Position numbers and translations under genes: made by a program
Notes under the pieces: generated by a model
The model's database searches: none
What the model was told of the DNA's origin: nothing
Seen by the model: the letters and a program-made list of their open reading frames with translations, nothing else
Shown: positions 42,501 through 56,385 of the stretch, one piece after another
How the letters are laid out: each line of letters opens with the position of its first letter
Numbering within the stretch: position 1 is the stretch's first letter
Virus record (IMG/VR): IMGVR_UViG_3300028591_000014
Location: 1 to 64,000 of that record
Length of the DNA: 64,000 nucleotides
Direction: 5' to 3' (one strand)
Source of the DNA: a virus
Lineage: Duplodnaviria > Caudoviricetes

Positions 42501-45500
42501 ACCTCGTATTTATCCAATATTTTCAACGCACCGTCTTTAGACATCTCTTCCATATCAGCGAATGTCATGCGTATCAAATTTTCGTTGATCGATTCGTATA
42601 ACAGTTCTGGGTTTTCAATAGAGTATTCTATAGTCTTTAAATACTCTCGAACCGCTTCAAATCCATCACGATTGTCGCCGTACTTAGAAGCTTCGCCTGT
42701 AGCTTCTTCTATCTTCTGTTTTTCATATAGATATTCCAGATACTAATTTAGATTTAATTTGTTTTTACCAACAGCTGTTTGTAAAACATCATACATGTAT
42801 CTAAATTTTCCACCATTTCCAGAAAAATCCATACGCTTCTGTCCAGAATCCGTAGTATAAATATTTCCGTGATAATTATCTATTGCGTTAGCTTCTCCGT
42901 TCACAATGGCCGCAATATTATCTTTATTGTAATACTACAGCAAAGAATTATATTCATCGATGAAATAGTTAAAGAATCTCTTCAGAGTAGCATCAGAAAA
43001 TCTTAGGCCTCTGTGTTTTACTTGACCCTCGCTGTCTAATACGTCACCATACGTAATAAGATCATGACTTAACTTAAGACGCTTCATTCTAAGCGTATAG
43101 TATGTTTTCTTATCTGCCATAGTAGGAAGAACCAACATATCACGCATAGTCATATTCATCTTTATTATGAAGTCTTCTAACGGAGTTATGCCAAAATAAT
43201 CCTTTCCTACACGCTTCTTGCTATCTTTAAGTCCGACAAGAGAAACAAGTTCAATATTATCATCGTTGGTATATTCTCCGGTTTCGTGCAGTTCGCTAAG
43301 CAGGTTTAGCACTATACTGTTGGCAGCATAAGGAGACTCCATCATTCTATCGACGAGATTATCTTCGTTTATAGATAATCTAAGAGCAAGATCTGATACA
43401 GTATTGTTCTGACAAATAGGATATATTCTAGAACCATCAGGGGCCGTCATACTAAATTCAGACGACGCTGGGTGTGTTTGATGATGCGCTACAGCCAAAT
43501 CAGAAATCTGAGGAAGAGCCGCATTATTTTTTTCATACCCAGTATATATACTACTAAGGGGTTTTGTTTTACCACTATTTCCAATAGGCAATTCGGATTT
43601 ACCAACATTTTGGTTTATATAGTTCACAAAACCACCAATAGAGCCCTCTCCTGCAACTAAAACTGCATTCTTAAGGTTCTTGTATTTACTTTCATAATCT
43701 TGAGCATACTCAGACATATTTGATATATATTGCTCTATCACATCCATGTCTGCAGGTATTGCCATTTTGTTAAGCAGTCTTACCCACTCTCTAGAAAGTT
43801 TTATATATGCCTATTTGTATTCATTTGTAGATGGAGTTTGGTTGGCCAACAATTTAATAGAATCATAATCGTTTTTTATAGACAGAGCAAAATTAGAATC
43901 TATTACACCATTTTTAACAAACCCAGAAGTAACTAACACCTAACCCCATGTCCTAGGAAGATTTCGTCTAGCTCTAATAGTTGTATCGTGTTGTAATATC
44001 CAATTTCGTACACGGTCAGCGACTATATCATTCTATTCGATACCAAGATCTTCAAGTTGGTCATTTATCATATCTTCCATTTCGTCGTCCATCCATGACT
44101 ACACAACAGGATCTCTTAATTCAAAAAACGCTATCTTAGATTTTTGACTAGCAATTGTTCCGAATATCTACGTTTGCAATTCTACGTCATCTTCTTCGAT
44201 AGACTGGAGTTTAGTTAAAAGTGAATAAAAGAATGGATCTGTTTCAGCTTCTTTTTGTACTCTGCCGAGAATAGAATCTTTATCATAACCACTCTCACCT
44301 GTTTTGTCGTATGAGCGAACGTCATGAAGTTTATCTACGATTTTATACCAGGCTTCATCGAATGATACATATTTAGGACAGTTTAATATATCAAATCCAT
44401 CCTACACAATAGTACGTTCACCGTTGTCGTCGTATTCGAATCTTGTCTTAACTAACTAACTTAGGAATAGTTTCGCTTTGTATCCAACATTATCTTTTTT
44501 AGAAACCTTTAGATCTTCTATTTCATATGCGGCTATTTCGTCAATTCGTTCTTTTTGATCCGGATTATTCGCAATCTCTTCTTTAGTAAGTCTATATTTT
44601 TTATTCTTTCTAAATCCAAGTTCAATACCGTATCTTCCGAATACATCTTTTATTATAGCATTGAATATACCGACATTATCAATAATATCCTACAAAACCA
44701 ACGCCTGTTTCCCAGTAGCCTCGTCACGCATTTCTTTCAAGTTGTATAATAAAGCTTTATACTTTTCAGACGTAAGTTTCTTATTTATATTACCAGTTCG
44801 TAAGAATCCAAACTGATCCAACATCATATGTGCAAGAGCTTCTCCAACTTCATAAAACTCTTGATACGAACTAATACCTTGTAACTTATCCAACTTATCT
44901 TGACGAACTCCATCAACATACCACTCGGCCTTGTTAATTCCTTTTGGGAATCTTTTTACAAATTCATAATAAGACTTCGTATCTATCTTCATTTTAGCAT
45001 ATTCTCCATTCATTATGGAGTCAAAGACCATTCTTAATAAGTCTTTTTTATTTCCAATTCCAATAAATTGCAATATACTATTAAAGAATCTCTTTATCTT
45101 ATTATGCAATCCCAAGCCTGCACGCATTTCTGCGTATTTTCGGAAATCCTCAGCCATTTCTTCTTCTATTTCCTTAAATGAAGTAGTTGGCTTGTTTAAT
45201 TTCGGATGTTTCTCTAAATACAGCTTGTACAAAGCCTCGCGTTCTTCTTCGGTATGAATTAAAAGGTTTATGAAGTGCCATGCCTCGTGAAAGTGTATAC
45301 CTCTACCAGATCCTCTAGCAGACGACAATGTAAAGTTACCAGTAACTTTTCCAAGGGCGTCTATACTAGCATTCATTGCGCCATAAACAATCTCATCATT
45401 ACATCCTCTAAGAATTCCATTTGTTACATATACGTTATTTGGATCTATGCCGAGAGTCTGATGAAGCCATTCTCTTGCTCGCTTAACATCAAGCTTACCT

Positions 45501-48500
45501 TTATTTTTAAAAGTTGAGAATACTCCAGTAATAGGTAAAAACTGACTAGGATTTGTAATAAATTCAGTTTTTATTGGTGTTACACTCCAATTTATATTAC
45601 CATTATCGTCCCATACTCTCAATTGTATAACGGCTTCGCCGTCTATAACCTGACGCAATAAATCCAACGGGCTTTTTTCAACATAATTACGAAGCTTTGC
45701 ATCCAATTCGGAATCGCTAGGTCGAATATTCACTCTAGACAATGCGTCTTTTACTCTAGCTCTAATGTTTTTTTCTGCAAGTTGTTTTTTATTTCCGGTA
45801 AAATCTTTAAACTCAGACGTATCTATTAGAAATATCTCTTTAAATGGCTTATCTTCTCGATTAAGTTTTTTGTTCAGATTATCAAGAGTTTCTTTCTTTT
45901 TGTCGACGCTGGCAAATATATTTCTAGCCTCTTCTATAATCTAGTTTATAGAATTTTTACGAGACGCTGCCGCAGTATTACCTGCTTTAAGTGATGCAGC
46001 CCTTTTTGACATCGCGTTCAACCTCTCGTTTATCTGAGATTTTAACGTGTCGTCTGCCGCAACAGCTTCTGCAAGATCAACAACACCATCTTTAACAGGT
46101 TTGTTTGTAACAATCTCCGCTGAATGTTCAACCTGTGCCATAGGTTTCTTCGCTTTGTTGTCCGCTTTAACTCCACTTGCAAATACATATGGAGCAACAA
46201 ACATCTGCTTTGATAAATCAGTCTACAGCTTTCCGGTTTTCATCATCCATGCAGCTACAGATACTGCTTTTCCTACAAGACGTTTACCTTTAGTCTTAAA
46301 GAAGTCGTCTTTAGAAAATGTAAGTTCATCGAGCCCTGCAATTTTTACTTCTGTCTCGTTAGGATGCAACGTAAAGTAATCCTTAAGGGCTTCTATAAAC
46401 GTTCTAAACCTAAAATCTTCTTTATCATCAAGGAAAGTCATGCGCATGTATTTCTTGTCTGTATTCCAGTGGAAGTTTCTAGACAACAGATACACAACAT
46501 GTCTTAATGCTACAGGATCGTTTCTAAGCTCTGTTTCCTTTCTATTGAAAAAGCCTCCTTGAACGCTGACATCTCCGATTCCAAAATCAATTCCATCAAA
46601 GTCTAATTGCTTTAAAATATAGTACGGTATGTTGCGAGCTTTGTTTTTATCAGACAATAACGTATCTTGTCCGTTATTTACGATAAGATTTGCTATTGTT
46701 CTTTGTAACTAGTGAGTACCAAACGGCATATGTTTAGCGTTCAATCTACCAGTCATAAGATAATATATAACCTCCGCGATACACGGAGTCATGCCCTCTC
46801 TAATCGTTCCAGTAGTAGGATCTATCGCAAGCTATACATCCTCTTCCTTTTCAATAGTTCTAATACTGCCGTCTGGAGCTTTATAGCGTTTAAAATTTAA
46901 TTCGGACAACATTATAGGAATCCTACCACCAGACGGAGCTTCTACGTTTAGATATAATTTACCAGCATAACCTTTTCCGGACAGTCGTTCGTTTTTATTT
47001 TGTTCCGTTTCAAATATAGGGGCTATTTTATATTTCTCATCTTCACTTGATGCAAATTGTCCACGACCAACACCAAGTATTACCGGATTTTTAGACTTGC
47101 CATTAAGCTGTTTTGTAAGCTCTTCAACATCATCACTCAATCCGAAGCCGGCGTCCTGACCAATAACAGGTCTAAAGATTGGATTTCCGTTTTTGTTGCG
47201 AGCGTTTTCAATAGTTCCGTTACTTATTCTCGGATTTATTGGCATTACAGACTTATTGACAACGCGGCTAGATGAATCAGGTATTATATAGGTTCCATCA
47301 TTACCTTCTATACAATAAGCTTCTATTATTTGTTGCCTAAATGCATTTAAATCGTTTACCTGTCTGCGAATATCATCGTTTGTTATTATTGGCTTTGACG
47401 TATTATTTCTATAGTCAAAGCGTACTCGTTCTTCCATCTAATCAAACATGGACTAACCAAACTTTGATATATACAACTCGCGCAAATAATTTATATCTTT
47501 GACTTTGGATTTATCAAACGGTATAGCAGCCGCTATTAATGCGTTTTCTAATGCACCTCGAACCCTATTGCTATATTGCTGTTTACCTATAGCATTTATG
47601 TTCCAGAAACGCAATTCGCCACCCGCAGTCTTTCCCATATCCGAATTAGAATACGATTCAGTATTTCGGAGTGTGGTAATATATATATCGTTGCCATCTT
47701 CAAGAATCAAACTTATTGTATACGCGTTTACATTAAATCCGCAATAAGCAGGTGCTGATTGATCAGTTTGATTTCCAGTAACAATATAATATTTTTTTAC
47801 TTTGGCGAACCACCCACGCTGTGACAATTTGTCAGCAAGTTGTGCAGCCGTTTTTATTGTTTTATTTCTGCCAAAGTTTACAGATTTTCCATTAACTTTT
47901 AATTCTAATGGTGTATTTTGTTCTTTCGTACCGTACGCATAAAAGAAGGTACTTTTTATATAGTCGCGTTTTACATTTCCGTGATTTGTACGCTGTTCTT
48001 TTTCCTCTGAAGTAGTAGTTCCGTAATCAAAATCAGTAACTTGAAGTGTACCTATTTGCTCATCTTCAAGTTGCATCATATCCTAACTATCCATCAGTGC
48101 CTACTATTCATCAAAGTCATCGTATAAATCTTCTACCGGATCCGGTTGATATTCTTCGTCATCTTGGTTATCTGGAGGTGTTTGCGGCATTTGTTCTCCG
48201 CCACCAGTATCTTCCCCATCTTGCGGTTCTGGCTTTTGTTCTCCAGTATCTCCATCTGTGTTATCATCTAATTCTTCTGGATCTATAGGATCTGGAGTGG
48301 TCTTAGGAGGCATAGTATTGCCGCTTGGTATTTGCTACCCCTGTGCAGGCTGCTGAACCTCTTTTTGTTCGGTAGGAACATCTTTTCCATCAGGAGCTCC
48401 TAAAGTTACACCCAAACTAGATAACGGAACCGGCTGATTTTCTGGTTTAACTGGGGCAGGCGTTTCGTCTGATTTCGGCTTCTCCGATGTATCTTGCTTA

Positions 48501-51500
48501 TTAGCATCGTCCTGACTCTTTTTATCGTCGTCATTCTGGATATCAGAACGTTTCTCGTCTTCTGTTTTAGCTCCTGACGGCGAAATTGTTATCACAGGCT
48601 TTCCATTTACCTCTAGTCCACCAAGTCCTGTAGCAGACTAACCTAATCCTGCGTTTTCATCCCACTCGTCATCGTCTGGCTCTACAGTAACACCAAGATC
48701 CTGGATTCGCTATGCTTGTATTTGTTCGTCTACCTTCTACTAAGCCTGTTTATCGCCATTTTGCGCCCTATTGATATCATCTTCGGTCAAAGGCCTATCG
48801 TGATTCCATTCGCGGTGAGCTACCTTTTTTCTATCTTCTACGTCTTCGAATTCCAACATAGCGTATCTTTGGGCAGCTTCTTTTTGTATTTCATGAATAG
48901 CATCCATGTCTTCGAGTGTTTTTTCTTGACCTAAGGATTTTATTCTACGCGATTCTTTTCTTTGTTTCTTTACAAGATCATCAAATGGATTTTTGTTTTT
49001 ACTAAGAGTATTCTCAGCATTATATATACCCTCTATTACGCTTTCTGGAATCTGTTCTGAATTAGTAAACTCACTGAGTTGACTGTTATATTTACGAACA
49101 TATGTAGTACGCTCTTCTTTAGACAGATCTTTCCAGTCCTTACGTCGACCCTCATAATGTATAGATTCTGGATCGACTCTACCGATAGTATAAACTTGAT
49201 ACGCAGGAAGCAAAGCATTCTGTATTGCATCGTTTAAAATCGTCTTGATAAACGCGTTACGTATATCTTGTTGATTTTTAAATTTAAACGATTGCATTTT
49301 TTTTACGTCTTTATCGTCTTTATATTTATCTAGACGTGCGCGTTCTTTTTTATACTCATCGTCAACAGAATCGATCATTCCAGAAAGCCTATCCAATCTG
49401 GCATCGTTTCCAGTAACTTCATCATTCAGCTTCTAAAGATCTTCTTTTCTTCCGTTTAACAATGTGCGTACATAATCCAGAGCGTTTATATATTCTGTGC
49501 TCAAAACAGCTTTTACATGATCTTCTATAAAATCAAGTTCCTAATCGCGTGTTGAAATTCTTTGTTTGAGTTTTGAATCTTCCTAAGAAAGTTGTTTTTC
49601 AAACTCTTCGTCCACTCTTTTATCTATGGCAGAATTGACAGATTTTTCGTCTAATTCGTCCATATTTACACCTTCTGCTTCGAACTGTTGGCGCAATTCT
49701 TTTTCAATACGGATTCTGTTTATTTTTTTCCAGATTGATTCTTCTTTCTGTTGTTCAGATTTAGCCTTTTCTAATTCCGATAATATATAATCTTTTAGAT
49801 TTTGTATATTCTATTTTCCAAATGTCTAATCTGCAAGTTTTGAATCTACATCTAACTCTGACAACATATCAACCATTGCGTTGAGCTCACGTTTGGCGTC
49901 ATTAGAATCGTTTTCTGCATTTTCATAATCCATTAGGTGATGCACTGCTGTCTATATAAGCTGTTTATGTTTATCGCTGTTACGCTCTATATGAAGCGCA
50001 TCCATCATCGCATCTAAATATGGATTATTATATTCGCTTGCCGTTTTGTGCATCAAATCAATGTCACGGTCAACCCATTCTGGTTTAACATTTTCATCAA
50101 GAACAGATTTTAATTGATTTAAAGAATTTTCCATTCTAGAAGGAGTTATACCGTATTTACTAAGGGCGTCAAAGTACATCGATATATGCTGGTCATCTTC
50201 AAATTTACCGTAATTGCGACCTACTATTTCATTTATAACACGATCGTTTTTAGCTTGTGCGATGAAGTCTCTTAAATTTCCACGACCCTCGGAAGGAAGT
50301 AGATTAGTCAGTGCACTAGTACCATGAAACATTGCTCCAGTAACAGCACCGATACGCATTGCTCGCTTAAGTTCTTCATCTCCGTTGTTTGGATCGCCAG
50401 GAAGTATACCAAGATAAGCAAAAGCAGCCTGCGCACTTATACCAAGGTCATCAAACAATGATGGAATGTCGAACATACTTTCTTGCTGAGTGTAGTCATC
50501 ATATTCTCCCCTAGAATATCTCTGTTGAGTTAAATACTGCACACCCTCTTCTTCACCTTCCATAAAAGATACATATCCGGCTTTGGCAGCATTATTTTTC
50601 AAATATTTTGCACTCCTTGCAAAAGCCATTCTTTTTCCAAGATCCGAAGATATTTTTGTTGCTATTCTATCTATGTGATTATCAAGAATAGCTCTTCCGT
50701 TTCTTTCTGCAACAGTTCCTGCGGTTGTATTTCTTAGCCTATTCTGAAATTCCTTTTTCGCATTTTTAACAGCCCTTTCGTAAGACGGTCTTCCTATAGA
50801 TAAACTAATATCTTTTAAGAAAGATCTGGTATAATTCATGTAAGGTATGGTCTCTAGATAATCTTTCGCAGCAAGAGCATTGTTGTGATTTATAAGTTGA
50901 GCAAGACCTTTTCTTGATTCTTTTACCTACTCATCAAATGTGTCGTCTCCTGTTTTTATGCCGTATGCCAGAGCCATCTAAACCTTTTCTATATCAGAAA
51001 ACTTGCTAGGATCATACCCGCCAGCAGTCATTCTGCTAGAAATTTCAGATAGAACTTTTTCCATATCTGCCCCAGCGTCCATAGATTTTGACAAAACTCG
51101 TTGAGACTGTCCATCCATTGCCTCTGAAGATGTTTCATGGTCTCTCATAGCGGCAGTCCACCCTATCTAAGATGCTACAGTGCCTAAACCTAAAGCAAAT
51201 CTTACATAAGGATTTGCGCCATATCCAGCTCTAACAAGACCTTTGGCAATCCACTTTGAAGCTTGATCTGTAGCCATAAGTCCCATAAACGATTGCCAAT
51301 CACTCCAAGATGTACCCATTTCTGGGAAATTATATGCCCATCTAGTTGGATCTATAAACATTCCAATTAATCCGGAATTGGCGTTTTCTTCCTGAAGCTT
51401 CCTATACTCAGGACTTATTTTGTTAGGGTCAAAAAGCCAGTTTCCTTCCTTATACTGTCTCGCAACATCCTTTACACGGGCTTCCTTTTCCTTCTGTAAT

Positions 51501-52474
51501 CTGCCGTAGTATTCGCGGTGTTTATCTATCTTAGACTTTAACGCATACGGGTTCTATGAATAATCGTTTATGAGATCATCAAAAGAGTCATCGTCTGGAA
51601 GACTTTGTTTTATTGCCCTTCTTGTAAATGATCCTGATTTTTCAATCTGATCTGGCAATAGTTTACCAATAGCATTTGCACCAGATTGTAACACATTTCC
51701 AACCAAAGAAGCAAACTGTTCTAAACCTGTCAACGGAAAATTATACCACTGCCCATTTATATTCGGATCTACCCAAAGATTTTGTCTAACGGCTCCCAAC
51801 ATCGCCTTCTCACTATTCCAAAGCTTATCGGTGTCGTAAAACATATCGACAAGTATCTCAGACTTCTTTCCGTCTGTTTTTACTCTATGCAAGAAGTCGT
51901 CAATTTTGTATTGAAGGTCTTGCATCTTTTCAAGCATGGGAACTAGTTGTTCTTGCGGAGTTCCTAAGCTGAGTTCTTGATTATACCTATTTTGTAACTC
52001 TTTATACTGTTTTATGTTTGTTACATAATCATCGGCATCATCTAGATCCTGTAATAAGTTTGTAACTTCTTCTAACTTTGTTTGTGCAGATGACAAATCG
52101 GCTTGCAGTCTTTTTTCATGAAACATTCTCCACGCATCTGCAGGATTTGCATTCTTTAGTCTTTCTGAAAAACTGCCATCACCAAACAATGAATTCGATA
52201 TGTTTGAAAAAGCATTACTTATCCATGATTTGTCGTCAGAACTACCTGTAGTGATAATATTTCCCTCATCGTCTGCACGAGGAATTGCCCATTCTGGATT
52301 AACCGTACCGAATTCTGTATAATTATCTTCAACCGCATTAACAAGACCCTGTTGATACGGGGCAGAAATGGATTCTGCACTGCGTAGTGTACTACTACGC
52401 AATGCATCCAGCATCATTGCCCCGTCATTGTATCTGGGGTTGTAAATAAACTAGGTTTTATTCTTTTTATTCAT
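36545..52474 (-). CDS. Giant virion RNA polymerase (~5309 aa, TAG read through)
   Basis: 21 fragments in one frame; catalytic GSDFDVDK and YRIPTQG motifs; zincin FHEAWH; ends ...LLGGC-TAA. Confidence 0.85.
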
Positions 52475-52478
52475 GTTA

Positions 52479-54656
52479 TTATGGTATTAATGTCGACTAC
52501 ATTCCTGCGGCGTATGAATTTCTTTCTGCTGACGTCGCGTTTGCCTATCCATGTCTGGCTTTTCTGAATTCTACATTCCTATCTCCCTGAATAACACCAC
52601 TATCGTATGTCTTGGTTATTGGAACAGAATAATACGTTGTCCATTTATAATCAACGTCGTCCTTTGATTCTGGAACAGTCGTTTGTTTTTCATATCTAAT
52701 TATACCAAGAGCGTCTAATATTTTCTCTTGAGCCTACTTAGATTTGATATTCAACCCATTTTCTCCGAACATTCTATCTATATACTTCTTATCTACCAGT
52801 GCTTCACCAAATAAGTCATTACTCATTCTAGTACCGCTTGCGTTAGGAATAAATGCGTCGTTTACAGATTCGTCATCAACATAAGCTTCCACCTTGTTTG
52901 TTCTAAGCCATTGTTGTGCTCGTTTAACGTCAGAATCTTTATCATATACATTTGCACCAGTAATATCTCCTCTTCTTATAGTAGAAATTGCATAATGATT
53001 TAAATTAACTTTACGCATTTCGTTCGGTAACCCTGGTACTTTTACCTTATTATTTCCTGCAAAGTCAGCAACAAGTCTTTCGTGAGCTTCTGTACCCGGA
53101 GATGGGGTATCTCCTGCATATAGCATATATGTTTCATCAGCACGCTTTCTTCTCTGATCTTCTGGCAACAAAGATGCAGCTTTGTTGAGTTTATTCAGTT
53201 CTCTCATGAAGTATACAGTAGGAGATCCATCAGAATTTAAATATCCTGCACGAACAAGTTTGTCGTAATCCACAGACCCATCGGAATTAAAGTATTTTCT
53301 ATAGATTCCAATTTTCTGCTTAGCTTCTCTTGCAGCAGTTCTTAATCTGCCCATTTCTTCTTCAGAGTGTTTTGATACTTTTGTAGTAGGTGTGTATGTA
53401 TATGTAGCGTACTTATTGAATCCAGGAGTTATACCAATTGGACGTATAGCTGTTGCAGGCTGCCCTTCTCTAACACCCGTTCTATTTTCTTTCAAGTACT
53501 TATTATATAGATCTACGTGTGCCTGCTCTGCCTATATCATTTGACGTATGTAATCGCCAGCGTTCTCCATTATTCTACGATTCCTATTAAGCGTAGAAGT
53601 CATCTGGCGATAATCAGTAAATTCTATAGATTGTCCATTCGGAGACACCATAGTTCCGGTAGACGGATCGTATGTATATCCACCAGCGTTTGCATTTTTA
53701 GTAGCTGCGTAATAACTTAATTCTTGTTTAGAAATATCACCATCCCCATCCAAGTCTGCGCCGTTTTCACGGAGTTTATAATAAAAATCCAAAGCTTTGC
53801 CTTGTCTCTATGTAGTGAGACTATTTTGTAACTGCTGCTTAAGAACTTCAAATTCATCAGCACTTCCTCTTACAGGACCAACCAACCATTCTTGCTGTGC
53901 ATCTGCTATATTTCTCTATAACTAAGCTTCTATCTTATCTTGAGTTGCCTTCTCACCTCTAGCCTCTATTTGTCTTTTAGCTAAATCTCTGTAATATGCC
54001 GCTACTGGAGTTCCTTGCCAACCTGGAGTATTGTTCTTTGCGATGTTCATTAAATCGTTATCAAAAAATACAGTATATTTATACCTTGGATCAAGACCTA
54101 ACCGTTTTTTCTCATCGGGAGTAGCATCCCTTGGAGTTCTGTTGTTATACCAATCTGCAGTAGCGTCTTTGAGGGTTTGAAATGCAGTTGGAGACCCATA
54201 CCCCATAGAATCGGCAGCCCACTAATCAGGAGTTTCTTTTAAAAATCTAGAAAAGTCTTCGTTATACAACCCCTTCTATCTTAACTATCCCATCGCTTTA
54301 TACCAATCAATAGCATTGTTTGCTCTAGTCTTAAGTCTTGCTACATCTGCATTGTTTATTCTATTTCTAAGCTATGATAATATCATTGCCCCTTCTTGAC
54401 TTCTAAGCGGATCTATACCCTACTTATACATATCGTTAATTACATTTGTAGTAGGGCCGACTATATTATTAGCCCAATACTCTTGATCTGCAGCAATAGG
54501 AGTCACAAAATCGCCATACTTACTGTAGAAATCCTTAAGATCGTCTCTTCTGTCCTTATACAAGTCTCTTGCTGCTTGTATAGACGCTAGCATTATCTAA
54601 CTGTCATACAAATCCTTTACTGGGAGTTGTATCCACTAATCATTTGCGTATATCAT
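52479..54656 (-). CDS. Putative virion cargo protein (~725 aa, TAG read through)
   Basis: Fragments 52734, 53532 and 53922 share a frame; starts MIYANDQWIQLP. Confidence 0.7.
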
Positions 54657-54666
54657 ATCTACAACA

Positions 54667-56385
54667 TTATCTTATTTTTATTGGTGCGTTCGGAATAACG
54701 GGCGCTTGTGGTCCTGGTACAAGCGATGTCATAGCTGGTATTGTAGGCATGTAAAACAACGTATTTTTACCTACACCACTACTCTTCTCCCAGTTTAATC
54801 TTTCTCTATCTAACGCACCTCTCTGTCGATACAGGTCAAGCATATAATTACCTTGCTGTCTCTTGAACTCATTAGCAGCATACTGATTAAACACATCAAG
54901 CATATTACGTATACCCATTTGCATACCCTGTTGTCTAGCTGCATGAGATCTTGTATAATACTCAAGATCATACTGATTTGCTTGCTGTCTACGCTGAGCT
55001 TCACTCTATCCATACTGTAATGCGGCATTGGCATAAGCAGCTTTATATTGGTTATTTTGAGCCTGTATTTGCTGTAGAGCGTTTGCAATGTTCTGCTGGG
55101 TAGTAGATAAGCCAGACTGTCTAAACAGCTGTTTCTGAGCCGTATTAAGGCCTCCAGAAGCATTTACAGCATAGTTTGTTCTGGCTTCTGCGTTCCTAAG
55201 TTGCTGTATAGTATTATATGGGTTGATACGCAGGCCTGCCAACGTATTAAGACCTCTGTTCTGATACGGGTTTGCTACATAAGTATCTGGTTTATATGGA
55301 GTGTCATTTAATGCTTGTAGATATTGACTCAATCCAGCAGCTCCACCCAGTATACCGCTCGCCATATTATAATACGGATCGATATAACCATCTTTAAATC
55401 CTGGAAGTCCGTTTGCACCACGTTTAACATTTTTAGCAATATAATCGCGCTCAAACGCATCTCCAACCTTATCGACTTCGGCCTACGTTCTCTTTCTTAG
55501 CTCTGAATATACTTTATCATTTGCTTTAGATTTGCCCATGTGCTGATCAATCTCCGCTTGAAGTCTTGCCCACGGCATAGCAAGTTTTGCGTATTCTTCT
55601 GGAATAACTCTCGTACTGTCTTTTACATACGACTTCGCATTATCGTTTGGGCCTCTATCTACAGGAGCAGAAGAAACACCTGGTTCATTAATAATCTCTC
55701 CTTTCTGCGTGTTAGCATTTGGAATACCAAACTCAAGACCTCTAGAAGTGTTTATCAATTGAGTACCAAAACTCGGTTTTCCTTTCTTATAAGAGAACAA
55801 CGTTTGCCCTTCTTGGTTACCATACTTCAACGCTTGATCTTGCTGCAAAGATGCTGTCATTGCATAGCTTCTGTTCATATCAGATAGTCTGTTTACCTTA
55901 TCCTGTGCAGCAGCTAACTCTCTTTCGGCAGCATGCTTTCTACTATTACCGCCTATCAGACCCGCAGCAAGTCCTCCAAGAAGTCCTACACCAGCACCAA
56001 TGGCGGCTCCTATAGGACCAGCACTTTCACCAATTATCATACCTGTAGTAGCTCCAGCACTAAGACCAGTACCAATTCCAGTAAGCGTAGTGTTTATAGT
56101 GTTGCGAGTATTCTCAGCTTTGACAAGATCCATCTCTCTTGAAACGTTAATGTCATTATACTTCGTATAACCGATATCATTAACATTCATCTGAGTTGTG
56201 CCATATTTCTATATATAATCGTCTGTAGTAGTATTAAACGATTTTGCATTAGATATTCCTGCCGCAAGATTACCAGCAGCCTATAATGTGGCTGCTGATC
56301 CTGCCATAATATCTCCTAGTTTTCCTTCTTCATATGAAGGAAGACCGTTGTTTATCTATTTTCTTTCTTTTAAACTTAAGCCCAT
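54667..56385 (-). CDS. Putative ejected protein with Gly/Ala-rich hydrophobic segments (~572 aa, TAG read through)
   Basis: Fragments share a frame; glycine-zipper-like GAAIGAGVGLLGGLAAGLIGG. Confidence 0.7.
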
